64,000 bases of DNA from positions 795,608 to 859,607 of the forward strand of contig NW_015173134.1 in the NCBI RefSeq assembly GCF_001447785.1, read 5' to 3'. The first letter of the stretch is position 1; each line of letters starts with the position of its first letter. This document shows, piece by piece, positions 1-12,539 of this stretch. This stretch comes from Gekko japonicus. Its lineage: Eukaryota. The translations under genes and the position numbers were made by a program. The notes below the pieces were generated by a model. It was not told the DNA's origin and searched no databases. It saw only the letters and a list, made by a program, of their open reading frames with translations.

Positions 1-740
1 GCCTTGTACCAACGTTAGAGAGAATTGTTATAAAATGATGTATAGGTGGTATATGACTCCGAAAAAAATTGCAAATATGAACCAGAATATGTCAAACAAA
101 TGTTGGAAATGTAAGAGTCATGAGGGCTCATTTTACCATATGTGGTGGACTTGTGAGAAAGCTGTAGACTTTTGGACAAAAGTCCACAAAGAAATTCAAA
201 AAATACTGAAATGCTCTTTCAAAAAGGCACCAGAAATTCTGCTTTTGGGATTGAAAATGGAAGAAGTCAACACGACTAAAAAGACTTTACTCTGGTACTT
301 AATAACAACAGCGAGAATGATTTATGCACAATTTTGGAAAACAGAGAAAGTGCCAGAGATAGAAGACTGGATACAAAAAGTTCTGTTCATGGCTGAAATG
401 GATAAAATTACGAAAAAATTGAATAACAAAGAAGACGACGTGTTTTTTCAAGAATGGAGTAACTTTAAAACATATCTGGAAAAGAACTGGGATGTGAAAC
501 AAAATTTAATATGTTTAGATCAATATTAAGTTAAATGATGTTATCTTGAGACTGTAATGATAAGAAAATGATATAATTGATGACGTAATGTAATGTGGAG
601 CGGGGGGGAAGCACTGCGGGAAGCCACAGGAGGGAGGGGAGGAAATGGGAATGGGGTAAACAATGGAAAAATTGAAATGGCTAAATTTTAAATGTTGTAT
701 TCCTATGGAAAATAAAAATTTGTTTACCCAAAAAAAAAAA
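1..740 (+). mobile_element. 3' end of an L1/Tx1-clade LINE: ORF2 C-terminus (stop at 529), 3' UTR, poly(A)
   Basis: Open frame from the window edge with the zf-RVT-like motif CWKC-x8-HMWWTC. G-rich UTR tract, AATAAA at 711-716, A10 at 731-740. Confidence 0.9.
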
Positions 741-1018
741 GCATGGACGGCTTCAAGAGGGAATTAGATAAGCATATAGAGCAGAGGTCCATCAGTGGCT
801 ATTAGCCACAAGGTATATATAGGAACTCTCGGTCTGAGGCAAGTGATGCACTGTATTCTTGGTGCTGGGGGGAGGCAACAGTGGGAGGGCTTCTAGTGTC
901 CTGGTCCCACTGCTGGACCACCTGATGGCACCTGGTATTTCTGGCCACTGTGTGACAGAGTGTTGGGCTAGATGGGCCATTGACCTGATCCAACATTGGC
1001 TTCTCTTATGTTCTTATG
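741..1018 (+). mobile_element. CR1-like LINE 3' end
   Basis: ggcttcaagaggg..tagataagcat..gaggtccatcagtggcta, ending in the (ttcttatg) tail. Related copy at about 53000-53265. Confidence 0.7.
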
Positions 1019-1190
1019 CGCTATTCATCTAACCCACTAGCCCTTCCTGCCCAGTATTTGCAGGGTCATCAAACCTCTCCCACACCATTGCTTACATCAG
1101 AAAATCTCATTAAGTTATTTTTTTCAGGCAAACACATCATCCCCACACGAGGGCACATTTTGTCCTATATCCAGAGTACCCTGCTTCCCA

Positions 1191-1194
<4 letters not shown>

Positions 1195-1233
<39 letters not shown>
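1195..1233. repeat. (TG)n microsatellite
   Basis: Direct observation. Confidence 0.98.
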
Positions 1234-1234
<1 letters not shown>

Positions 1235-1596
1235 TTGGATCCTTTGGATACACCCCCACTTTGTTGGGCTCTCTTCTCTCACACAACACTGTTCGTTTTG
1301 CTACTTCAGTGGACCTCTTCAATATAGGTAATTATTGCTCTTCCCTAAAATCGCTTCCCCCCTTTCCTTCCTGTGTTTCTCTTAGCTCTTGTGCATGTGT
1401 TCTTTGTGTGCATTTTGTTTTATTCTTCCTCTTTTTAATAAAAACCTTTCTGCTTGAACTTCAGTCTGGTTTATTTGAGAGTCCTCTGAACGGAAAAATC
1501 CCTGTATACATAAGTTGAAAATCCCAGTTACCCCCCTCTCTGTCTCGTTAAAGCTAGTTCCCCCAATTAATTAGGAGACTGCCTATTTGAGTAACA
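1234..1596 (+). mobile_element. Possible LTR remnant
   Basis: AATAAA near 1437 followed by U5-like sequence ending GTAACA. 5' end and TSD not found. Confidence 0.3.
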
Positions 1597-3059
1597 CTCC
1601 AGGGGTCTGGCAACCCTCGTACTGTTGTGGTTCTCCTTTTAGTGCTGTGGTTGCCTGGAAGACCAGATATTTTTCTTTTCCCAGGACATACCCTCTACTT
1701 CTGGTTACATAATGCAAACTCAAACCGTACTGGCAGTTGTATTTCTTAAGATTTATTTATTTATATTTGGAACTCAGTCCTTCAAGATCTGATTGAGGTG
1801 GTTAACACAAGAGAAATAAAACAATACATAGTTCAAGATTAAAACACTGATAACAAGGTAAGTGTTATACAGCAGTTTTCCATATGACATCAGCTTTGTA
1901 CTCACATTACAGTGACTACACATACATTCTGCATGTACACACATAATCTGTTTGTGGGAAAGAGCCAACACATCTTTAATTTAAAAAATAAAACTGGGGA
2001 CTGGTACCGGAATAAATGTGGGGCTTAATTCCATGTATAGCAGCACACAGATGGAGTAGAATGTAAGAATTATTCAATGCACATCACAAAGAAAAAACAA
2101 TTTGTACACTGTACACAGATTATACGTAGCCCAGTCCTATATGTATACATCTGTTTGTAAGAAAGATTCAACACACATTCTCTTTAAAGATAAAACTGGG
2201 GAAGAATACAAGGATAAATGTGTGGTTAAAATCACATCTTCAGCTACATATGTGTTGAATGTAACATAAGAATTACTGAACCAAAAATATAATGTTTACA
2301 CTGTGTATGGATACAGTGGCAGTCAGTTACAGTCACTATAACTTGTGAACAGAGCTTATCTGTTCACTGTAACATCTACAGGGCTACTGTATATGGATAC
2401 CAGTGTGCCAATCAGACATTTGCTGTGAAGGGATGCATATGCAAACTCTGGTATTCTGAAATATATGAAAGCAGTTACTGAGAAATGACTGGGCCTCAGT
2501 TCATGTGTATTTTAAAGGGGAAAGTTAGCTATTTACAAACACTTGGGAAATTGATAGCTTAAGAAATTTTTGCATATTATTGCTGTCCCCCACTATAACA
2601 GGCCATCTGTTTCAAGAAACATTTATGCCACAGGAAGATAAAATTAATTTTTTTTTAAAAAAAATAACCACACCATAATGCAGTTCTGAACGGGATTAAT
2701 CAAGGGAAAGAACATTCTGATCTCAGCTTGCACAAATCTGTGGTTCTGCCTAATCATTATTAATATTTCCATTTTACTTATAATTCTGCATGTAATTTCC
2801 CTTCAACAGCTTTGAACTGTTAAACTGACAATTGCTTTTAATAATGCTGAGAAGGTAACCTGAGAAGGTTTTTATGTAAACCCGCCCTGATACGGCTCTG
2901 GATGGGGTGGCGGGGTAGATATTAAAAAAAATAAAATAAACCTGGTTCTCCTTCCCACAGCAATGTGATTTTTTCCAGGCAAGAGCCAGGCCCTCGTAGA
3001 ATCCAGTCAGAAACAATCTGGTTCAAGGGAAAAGTCCTGAATGGTGTCTGGTGTACAGA

Positions 3060-6000
3060 GGAGAGAAGAAGATCCCAAAAGGAATATCACAAAGAAGACT
3101 TCCTTGCCTAGCAAAAGGAGAAGCTATACCTGAACATTCCACATGGAAAGATATAGCAAGAAGGCCTGCAAAAGAGGCAGAAAAAAGGAGAAAACTCCCA
3201 TTCCCACCCAGCTCGATAAGGGAGGGGGATAAAGCTGACAGGGACCCTATCATTTCAGAGAGAGAGAGAGGCAACTGTTCCAACTTATCTATGATTTATT
3301 AAAAGTATCTATGATTTATTAAAAGGTAAGACTATAATGCAAAAATTTACAAGCAAGTAGCCATTTCAGTATTATTCACCATATTAGAAAACATTAAAAA
3401 GCCAATACTTATAATCAAAGAGTGTACTTATATCTATTTAGGAATGCGCATGCCAGCTGTCTGTCAAGACCAACAAGGGAGGTGTTGGCAAAAAGCCCCG
3501 AACAATGAAAGCACTGATATTACATTGAAGAAAAATCCAGAGTAGCTGTCAATTCAGAAATGACAAAACCCAAATCTTTCCATCTCACAGACCAGATGAA
3601 CTCTGCTCAGAGTAAATACCCGAATAAACCCTCCCTATGTCAAGGTAGGATTCAAGAACCACATACAGAATATCTCAATTGTTTTGACTTCCAGGCTGAA
3701 CTCAGAAATGTGAACAGCTCTTTTAGAGCAGAGTGCATTGTCAGAACAGAGAGCATTGTCAGGCTTGAGAGAGGCATATGACAATAGCTAAATATGCAAA
3801 GCCTTATGGGAAAAGAGGCATAATTCAGGCCACTATACAGAAATGCCCAGTCTGGTTTATAATTCTGCCACAATGGACACTTACAGAACTACCTCCAGGG
3901 AAGAGGGCAGTAGGATACAAGTGAATCTTCAAAACCAAGCATGATGCAGAAGAGGAAATACAAAGATACAAAACCAGACTGTCTGTCTGCTAAAGGATAC
4001 TCTCAGAGACTTACCAGAGCGTGGATAAGCATATGGGCAAATTTCAGAGACTTTAGTAAGTTTTCATAAAAGTAAACAATCCATAAAGATGGCGGGGAAG
4101 AGGGCAGAGAAAGACAAACTAGCAAAAGTGAAACCAGCGGGGAACATGAGCCCTCGACCGGAAGAGGTCACTGAGTTCTCTAAAATGTTGGCAGAGTCCT
4201 TGTGCCCTCTGCTGGACCAGATGACTAACATCAAACAACAGTTGACAACTCTAAACCATAACCTTACAACTCAGCAGCCCAACTGACTGAGACTTTAAAA
4301 ATAACGGAGCAAACGGCTGAGAAGGTGAAGGAAATGGATGCCAACACTAAAAAAGTCAAGAAAAAGGTGCAAAAGATGGAAAAGAAATAAGCTTCGGAAG
4401 AATCACAACTTTTACAGCTGCAAATGGAAAAAGCAAATTTGGTCCTTTGGTTTCAAGGGGTCCCAGAATTAAAAGGCGAAAATCTAAAGCAACTTTTGAG
4501 TGAAGCATTAGTTCCAGTTACAGATTTGAAAGCGGAATATCTTGCAAGTGAAATAGATGTGGTCTACAGGTCCTATTCCGTGTACATAGTGGGCAGATTC
4601 TCAAAGAGGCATGTGAGGGATTCTATCCTGAAAGCAAATGCAGGAACACCCTTGAAAATCGGGGACAATACCATCAGGATTCTAAAAGACATCCCATTTG
4701 AAATAAGGCAAAAGAGAAAGAAATATAAAGACTTAATCCTTTTTCTGCAAACAAACAGCATTGTTTACAGATGGTTAATTCCAGAAGGCGTCATTTTCAA
4801 ACTACACAATAAAAAAGAAAAGATTGACTCTGTCCCCAAAGCACGTGAGTTCCTGAGAGTGCAGCTGGGAGAGACAGCCGAGGTTGAGAAGGAAGAAGAT
4901 GACAGCAAATCCAGTGGTGAATTGGACTCAGTGTCTTCCGACGAGGACTCTCTTTCCGATAAGGCTGCCCCCAAACATGCATATAAATTGAGGATTAGAA
5001 AAGACAAGACAAAATGAAGGCTGAAGGACTCTGAATTGTGCCTTAAAACTTTAGTTTTATTATGGGATGCTCTGGGAGTTCTCTTAGTTAAATCAATGGA
5101 TAAAAAGATAAATAATTTAGCATAACTGACTATGCTCAAAGTAATACTAGCAATTTAAGATTAACATTTATATAAGCTGTTGTTATGATCTCCTATACTT
5201 GGGCTTTTAGTTATTAGTGGTTTTCTTTCCTTTCTCCCTAGATGTAGTTACCCCTTCCCAATTTTTCGTTGTAGTTTGTAGTCTATTAAAAATGCAATAA
5301 AAAATCCCCTCCGGGGGGCCCAAAAAAAAGGGATACTCTCAGAAGAATGAAGAAGACTACAATGAAACCTTCGCATCAGTGGTGAGACATACTTCAATAA
5401 GAATGCTCTTGAGTGTAGCAGCATCGAGGAAGATGCATATGAAGCACCTGGATGTAAGGACTGTTTTTTTATAATGAGAAATACATGGAACAGCCACCAG
5501 GATCTGAACAATGCAAAGACAAGCAATTCGTGTGTAAATTGTAAAAGAGCATCTGTTGGCTGAAACTTCATCAGATGCTAACCAAGGAAGGATTTGACCA
5601 AGGCAAGGCAGAATGTTGCCTATACTCATGATATAAAGATGACAAGTGGACTTACATTCTGACTTATGTGGATGACCTGATTTTATGCTATGAAGACAAG
5701 GAGGCCTGTGATTAAATAGTTCAACATCTGAATCAAGAAGCAGAAGTGAAACAATTAGGAATCATCAGCTACTATCTTGGCATACAAACAGAATGAGAGG
5801 AAGATGGAAGCTATCTTCTCAACCAGAAGGAGAAAATCCTAGAATTTCTGGACTACATGAATATGAAAGGAGCTAAGCCAGCAAGCACTCCTATGGAAAC
5901 GAAAAAGTGAAGTTCTGCCTGACATCAAGCAATACATAGAAGCAATTGGAAGACTGTTGTATATAAGCACACAAAGTTGACTAGTGGGCATATGTTCTCC

Positions 6001-6714
6001 CATGGAGGTGGAGCAGTCAGCTGGAGTAGCAGAAAGCAAGAAACTGTAGCTGTATCCTCAACTGAAGCTGAATATCAGCAACAGAAGCATGCAAACAACT
6101 TAAGTGGATACTACAACTAATGCAAGACTTTGGAATAGAGGAATCCAAGCCAGTACAACTCTTTAAAGACAACCAAGGGTGCATAAAAGTTGCACAGATG
6201 GAGAAGATCAAGGACTAAATACACCTAGAAGAAACATGCAAGAAGAAGGGCTTGTTGAGAATTGGAATGCTGTCCTACAGATAAAATGATTGCAAATGCA
6301 CTCACCAAGCCACGTTCTCGAGAAAAGGGTGAAAGTCTGCATAAGAAGATGAATCTTGTGGGCTTTGTACACTAGACCTTGAGAAAGGGTGTTCAAGAAG
6401 GCAATGTCTGGTGTGCCAAGAAAAGGAAAAGAAGACTCTACAGGGGGCAGCAAGAAGACAATTAGATAGGCTAATGAGGTCAGCACCTTCTCTCCTGTTA
6501 AGTGTCATTCTTTGCCTCCCCTCTTAGGGCAATTTCCCCTTCTTCTCAGAAATGCCACACTTAATCTCCCTCTCTGTCTCCCCATACCCACTTTCAGCTA
6601 TAGATGTAGTTGAGAAACTATCTGTGTCCTCTTTACTATCAAGTATGCTAGTTCCTAAATAAACCTTTATCTACTCTTTAATCAGGTGGTGCACTGTTAA
6701 TTACTCTGCCAACA
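3060..6714 (+). mobile_element. Decayed Ty1/Copia LTR retrotransposon (IN-RT linker, RT, RNase H, PPT, 3' LTR), interrupted
   Basis: Frameshifted translations WTLTELPPGKRAVGYK*IFK (about 3872-3935), GYSQKNEEDYNETFASVVRHTSIRMLL...HLDV (5331+), TYVDDL (about 5662), GGAVSWSSRKQETVAVSSTEAE (about 6005-6070), DNQGCI and CPTDKMIANALTKP. PPT GAGAAAGGG at 6381-6389; LTR TGTT...AACA at 6390-6714 with AATAAA at 6658-6663. Confidence 0.92.
4008..5330 (+). mobile_element. ORF1-only L1-derived retroposon (HAL1-like), ORF1 disrupted
   Basis: ORF pieces 4089-4286 and 4424-5017 resemble L1 ORF1p (coiled coil, then FQGVPE...RF...RDSILK...IRILKDIP...RQKRK...YRWLIPEG). No ORF2. AATAAA at 5296-5301, A8 at 5322-5329, direct repeat GGATACTCTCAGA at 3995-4007 and 5331-5343. 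Confidence 0.85.
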
Positions 6715-7237
6715 TGATGTTGGTTTAAGGCTTAAAGTCTGTGATCTCATATATTTGAGTTAAGTTAAAAACTTCTGTAATAAACTATCTTTGCTGTCCT
6801 TTTAAACTCTTGCCTTCGGGACCTTAGTGACCTACTATCACTCAACAAAAATTATCTCACAGCAGTGGCCCTTCTATTTTATACACATTGCCATATATTT
6901 TAACTGAGGGGAAGAGGTTGGGAGGTTGTAATGTGCCTGTTTGCCCAAAATCTGAGGTGGCTAGGAAGCTCAGTTTTTGTCACCAAAGGGAATAAAAGGA
7001 AAACATTTTTATGGGTCTAAACGTTTTCTCAGAGATTTGATAGAAAGTGAAATGATAGAGGTGAACAGTTGCCATTAATCCAAGTGCAAACCAAGCACAA
7101 ATTTATGCCAGTACACTAGAACAATTGTGCAAGGCACTCCCATGCATATTTTTACACACTTAAAGGACTCCCAACAATCAGTTCTTGAGCTGCAGAAACT
7201 TCATGGATTATTAATCAATCAATGTATCAAATATCAG

Positions 7238-7560
7238 CAGGGCTCTTTTTGTAGAAAAAGCCCAGCAGGAACTCATTAGCATAATAGGCCACACCCAATA
7301 GCAGAAACTCATTAGCATATTAGGCCACACCCCCATGCCTTCCCTTGGCTTGCCCGGGCGCTCCATGGCTACGGGGAGCCCGGGCAAGCCGGCCCTTGGA
7401 CCGGGGAAGGCACGGGGAGGCATTTAAATGGGGGGTGGGTCGCTTTCCAGGCCTTCCCTCTGCAGCCACACATGCAGAAGTTTTGGCTGTAGTGGGCGTG
7501 GCCAGCTCTGAAGCCAGCCGGAACTCCGTTCCTGTGCGTTCCTGCCCAAAAATAGCCCTG
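7238..7560 (+). mobile_element. Non-autonomous hAT element (CAGGGCT TIR family)
   Basis: Ends CAGGGCTCTTTTTG ... CAAAAATAGCCCTG with an exact 8-bp TSD AATATCAG. Relatives at 33971-34369, about 59790-59990 (-), and fragments at about 26515 and 35078. Confidence 0.9.
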
Positions 7561-7935
7561 AATATCAGTAATGTTAAGTTATAAGTTTTCATTTATACAA
7601 ATAGGCTTGCTGAGACTGGCTCTCTGTTGATCGAATTTTGACATATTTTGGCCCTTAATTATAAAAGGCTGCTGACCCCTGCACAATTCCACTGATCGGC
7701 AGCTCATTTTAGACCCAACCAGACAGAACATCCGTCACTACATCTTGAAATGGAAATCATAGCGTCAACAAAAAAATATATTTGTGATGCATTGAAAGCA
7801 ATGCCCTTTGACTTGATTAAGTCCTATTGATTTTACTGGGGGAAAGGTCACGTTTACTAGGGAGTAAGCGCCACTGATTGTAGCAAGACTTACTTCCATG
7901 TTAACACCTAGCAGTTCAAAAGCAAGAAATTGCAA

Positions 7936-8120
7936 AGTAGATAAATAGGTACTGCTTTGGTGGGAAAAGTAACAGCGTTCCATGCACCTCTGCGTTTAGT
8001 CACGCCGGCCACATGACTACGGAAACAGCTCTGGCTCTTTGGCTTGGAAACGGAGATGAGCATCGCCCCCTAGAGTCGAATTCAACTAGCTTTCAAGCGA
8101 GGGAAACCTTTACCTTTACC
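7936..8120 (+). mobile_element. Sauria SINE-like 3' portion
   Basis: ctggccacatgac-like core, gagatgagc...cccctagagtcg, and an (ACCTTT)n tail. Confidence 0.7.
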
Positions 8121-9280
8121 TAACATCTTACAGAACAAGGCTAACTTTTGATGGCTTGTATTCTCAAATGTTTTTGCTTTTAAACTTGGCATTTCTGTGA
8201 TTCTTAGCTATCTGTCAACACTAGGATTGTATCCTGTCATGAATTATGATAATTCAGTTTATAGTAATCAATATGTTACCTGTTCTGTCTTTATGCAAAG
8301 AGGGCCAGTGGTGACTACGGATTCCTCATGAGCAAGGATCTACTCAGCAACCAGTGGCAGGCAGCTGCCCTTCAGGGGAACACGAAGGAGTGGCTCAGGG
8401 ACGAGAGTAGCTGGTTCCAGGCTAAACAATCATAAGCCAGACCATATATGAACTAGTTGAACAAGGCTCCTTGCTCTAGCTAAGGCATCAGTAATCTGAA
8501 ACGAAAGCAGCCTTGCCTGTACTTCACTGGGTCCTGCTCCGGCAGGGAACTAAGAGCCAAAGTTAGGGTGGCCAGGCAGTCAGTGGGAGGATGGGGGACA
8601 CAGCACTGCAGAAGAATTTTATTTAAATGCAGCTTGGTGTATGTACTAGAAGTTCTTGCCTAAGTGACAAGGAGCAGCTCTAGGGATTGCCAGAAACTCT
8701 ACGGTAAAATGGGAACTTCCAATAAGTACATAGGATTGCCAGGTCTTAACTGGTTGCCAGCGGGGGACCTGGGTTCCTGGATCCTACAGTGCACATGCAT
8801 GAAGAGCACACACCGCAATGATGTCACCCAGAAGTGACATCATCGCACCAGGCAGGTTGCACAGGGGATGCTCTAGTATTTGGCCAAAAACTCAATGATC
8901 ACCATAGAGTTTTTAGCCAAATGCTAGAGCATCTCCCATGTGACGGGGCCGGCACAATGATGTCACCTCTTGGTGACGTCATTGTGCTGGGCACATTAGG
9001 CGTGCTGGGGATCTTTGGTGGTGGGGCTCCCCCACCGGCCAACTGGCCGGTGGCAGATTGGGGCCCCCAAAAGTGGGGGAACCCCCACCTCCATCATGTG
9101 GAGGTGGCAATCCGATAAGTACATGAGGCTGCATTAAACGGGGTGGAGGTCTCCCACTGCTGCTCCCAGCATCCCCAGTGCTGCCACTGCCAGTTTACTG
9201 CTAGATACTTTCTTTACTTTAGAAATACCATGGGGGCATGATCTTGCCTAAGACCACATCACAGGGGGTGGAGTCCCATG

Positions 9281-9486
9281 CAATGTTCCCTCTAAGCTGT
9301 GGAGTCCCATGAGCAAAAATTCTACCTTTTGAGCTGCTGGCATTAAAGTGGTGAGCGAGTGATTTGGCTGCTGCATAAATTAGTTTGCTCTGGAACCATC
9401 CTTCCTGAGCGAAGACAAAAACGTGTGAGCCGGAGGCTGAAAAACTGTGAGCTGGCTCACACTAACTCAGCTTAGAGGGAACACTG
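9281..9486 (+). mobile_element. hAT MITE (CA[A/G]TGTTCCCTCTAAGCTG TIR), copy 1
   Basis: About 19-bp TIRs; exact 8-bp TSD GTCCCATG. Confidence 0.92.
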
Positions 9487-9637
9487 GTCCCATGTTCCCC
9501 CAACACACTGCAGCCCCAAGCAGGATCAGGTACCGGTGGCATTTGTAAAGTGAAGGCATTCTACCAGTAAAGTAGCAGTGGCATTGACTGGTTCTGTGGT
9601 TCTTTGAGGGAAATCTGTGGGAGATGGTTACTGTGGG

Positions 9638-9846
9638 CAATGTTCCCTCTAAACTGAGTTAGTGTGAGCTAGCTCACAGGGGTTTTTTAGCCTCTGGCTC
9701 ACACATTTTTGTCTTAGCTCAGGAAGGATGGCTCCAGAGCAAACTAATTTATGCAGTAGCCAAATCGCTCGCTCACAACTTTAATGCCAGTAGCTCACAA
9801 AGTAGAATTCTTGCTCACGAGACTCCACAGCTTAGCGGGAGCATTG
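9638..9846 (-). mobile_element. hAT MITE, copy 2, inverted relative to copy 1
   Basis: Same family in reverse complement; exact 8-bp TSD ACTGTGGG. Confidence 0.92.
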
Positions 9847-11507
9847 ACTGTGGGCCTTGTGTTTTACACTGCAGTCATAAGCAGAGTTCCACCCTTGTAA
9901 TCACTTGGGTTGCCAACCTCCAGATAGGGCTTGGAGATATCCTGGAATTGCAATTGATCTCCACAGAGATCCGTTCCCCTGGAGGAAATGGGAGCCTCAG
10001 AGGATGGACTCTGTGGCATTTATACCCACTGAGGTTCCTACCCTCCCCAAGCCCCATGCTTCCCAGGCTCTACCCCCAAAATCTCCAGGAATTTCCCAAC
10101 CTGAAGTCAGCAATCTCACTGACTTCAATGGATTTAGAAGGGTATAACTCGGCTTAGTAGGGCTGCTAGGTACTACCTGTGTCCAGGTGGGAGGCTTCAG
10201 CCTGGCATCTTCTGGTGCCCTAACCCTAACCCAAAGGTGACGTATTCACACTGGGCACATTGTTCTGTGGATGCTCTAGCATTTGGGTAAAAAACTCTAT
10301 GGTCACCATAGAGTTTTTGTCCAAATGCTAGAGTGTCCCCTGAACAACATGCTTGATGGGGCTCTTTGGGGGTGGGGCTCTCCCCATTGGCCAGGGAGCC
10401 AGCAGACAACTGGGGGCCCTGAAAGTGGTAAAAACCCTGCCCCCATCGGGGGGATGGCAGCCCTACTGCTTAGGATGGTACTGTCAGTCTTGTGCAATTT
10501 TTGTAAATGCCATGATCTAGAGGCTAGGGAACATGGGAAAGCATCATAGGCCCAGGCAGGACTGAAGATGCCAGAACCTGGAGCTCTATGGCAGTAAGCA
10601 AGCCACTTTCCTGTTTTTGACATTTCAGCTACAGAGCCAGTGAAATAATATAGAAGGCATAAATATATATTGTACATACATTAGCGAAAATCCATTTTAG
10701 CAATGTATGTACTTATTTTAAGAAATGCAGTTGAGGGTTATTACACTATATTGCCGGAACTCTGCTTTTAAAACCAGGTGACTTAGATAGTATTCCAGCT
10801 GTGCAGAGCTAAAAGGGACGGAAGCCAGTAGAATAAGTGGGGAAAATGTTCAAAAATAGCAGCTTGATACCTAGATGTGCTGCTTCTTTGAAGTGTTAAA
10901 GATCCTCCAGGGCTTAGAACTATTTAATGGATATATTGGAAGGTGAAATGTCTTTATTTTCATAGAAAATAGGCTTAGGTTGGAGTGACATAGGAGAGCT
11001 GTTACTCTCACAAACCTGTGAGACCTAATGTTCTGTCACATGTTCCCGACTTCCCTGAACAGGACAAGTTCCAGGGTCAGTGATGCCCCTTTTAATTGTC
11101 TTTGGATGAGAGAGCACTGGAAATACAGTAATGTTTGTTTTACTTACAAATATGCAACAAAGCATAGGTGGAGGCAATTTTAGAATCTAGCTAACACATT
11201 GTGAAGACCTTGGGTCCTGTTATTAGTCAACATGGAATGTTTCCAGCAAGAGTTGATTATTATTTGATAAGAACTGGGATTGCTACATGCTCAGATAAAG
11301 TAAATATTGCGAAACGAATGTTTACATTGCGCAGTATTCGTTAGCGTGTGAGCAATGACAGAAGGATATTCCTTGCAGAACTACAGAAATACTTCAGTAA
11401 ACGTTTTTGCAACTTATCTTTATTGACTCTTCATTATTTTTATCACGGATGTTGTTTTTGGAGTTCCACCTCTTCCTGTGATCTCTCATTTTGGCTTCCA
11501 GAGACCT

Positions 11508-12457
11508 AGGGTTGCCATCTCTGGGTTGGGAAATTCCTGGAGATTTGGGGGTAGAGCCTGGGGAGGGCAGGGTTTGAGGAGGGAATGGAGCTCGGTGGGG
11601 GTGTGATGTCATAGAGCAGAGGTGTCAAACTCATTTGTTACAAGGGCTGGATCTGACATAAATGTCACTTTGTAGGGCTGGGCCATGTATAATATAAAAT
11701 GTAAAATGAGGTACCAGAGATATAGACTTTATAAAGGTGATTTCAGATGTTGAATGGCAATAGCAGATGAATGACAATAGCAGGCTTGATTGGATTAGGT
11801 GTGATATGCAGAGGGGTCGTATACATGGAGATACCAGTGTTGGTAATGAGAAGGGAAACCTAGGTCTCAATTCCATCCAGGAGGATTCAGTCCAGGAGGA
11901 TGCAAAGAATAAATCTGCATAAGTCTAACATTAGTAACCACAACATTCAATTGCTGACCTAAGAGTAGCAGTGCTCTTACAAAGGAATTTCAAAGGGAGA
12001 TTAGAAAGAGAAACTGCTGAATTGCAATTGATAATGAAGGTCAAGACAATGCATCCTTCTGGACTTAATTGAGACCTAGTTTTCTTGTCTCATTCCCAAT
12101 GTGTGGTATTAACATTTGGCATCTGAAATCACTCCACTCTCCAAGATATAAGGACAAATCCACATTTTCTAATTCCTAATCAGGGTCTTTTTGAAAGAAA
12201 ATAAATTCAGATAGGAACAGAGAAATCAATTAAAAAAACTTTTCAGAATAAGCCAAAATAATTTAATCAATGTACATTGTGCTTGACAGAAAAATCCACC
12301 CTCCATCCCACCCACCCAAGAAGTGTGCTTGCACACAAAAAGCTTATACCTGGAATAAAATGTTGTTGGTCTTAAAGCTGCCATGGGACTCCAATTTTGT
12401 TTTCTCTCTCTCTTCCTCCCCCAAAAAAAGGATCAGCAGCCCTGGAGAAGGAAGCAG

Positions 12458-12539
<82 letters not shown>

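Noticed and set aside
4424-5017. Domesticated L1TD1-like host gene
   Set aside because: The upstream part has a frameshift and a stop, and the whole unit is a TSD-flanked insertion in another transposon.
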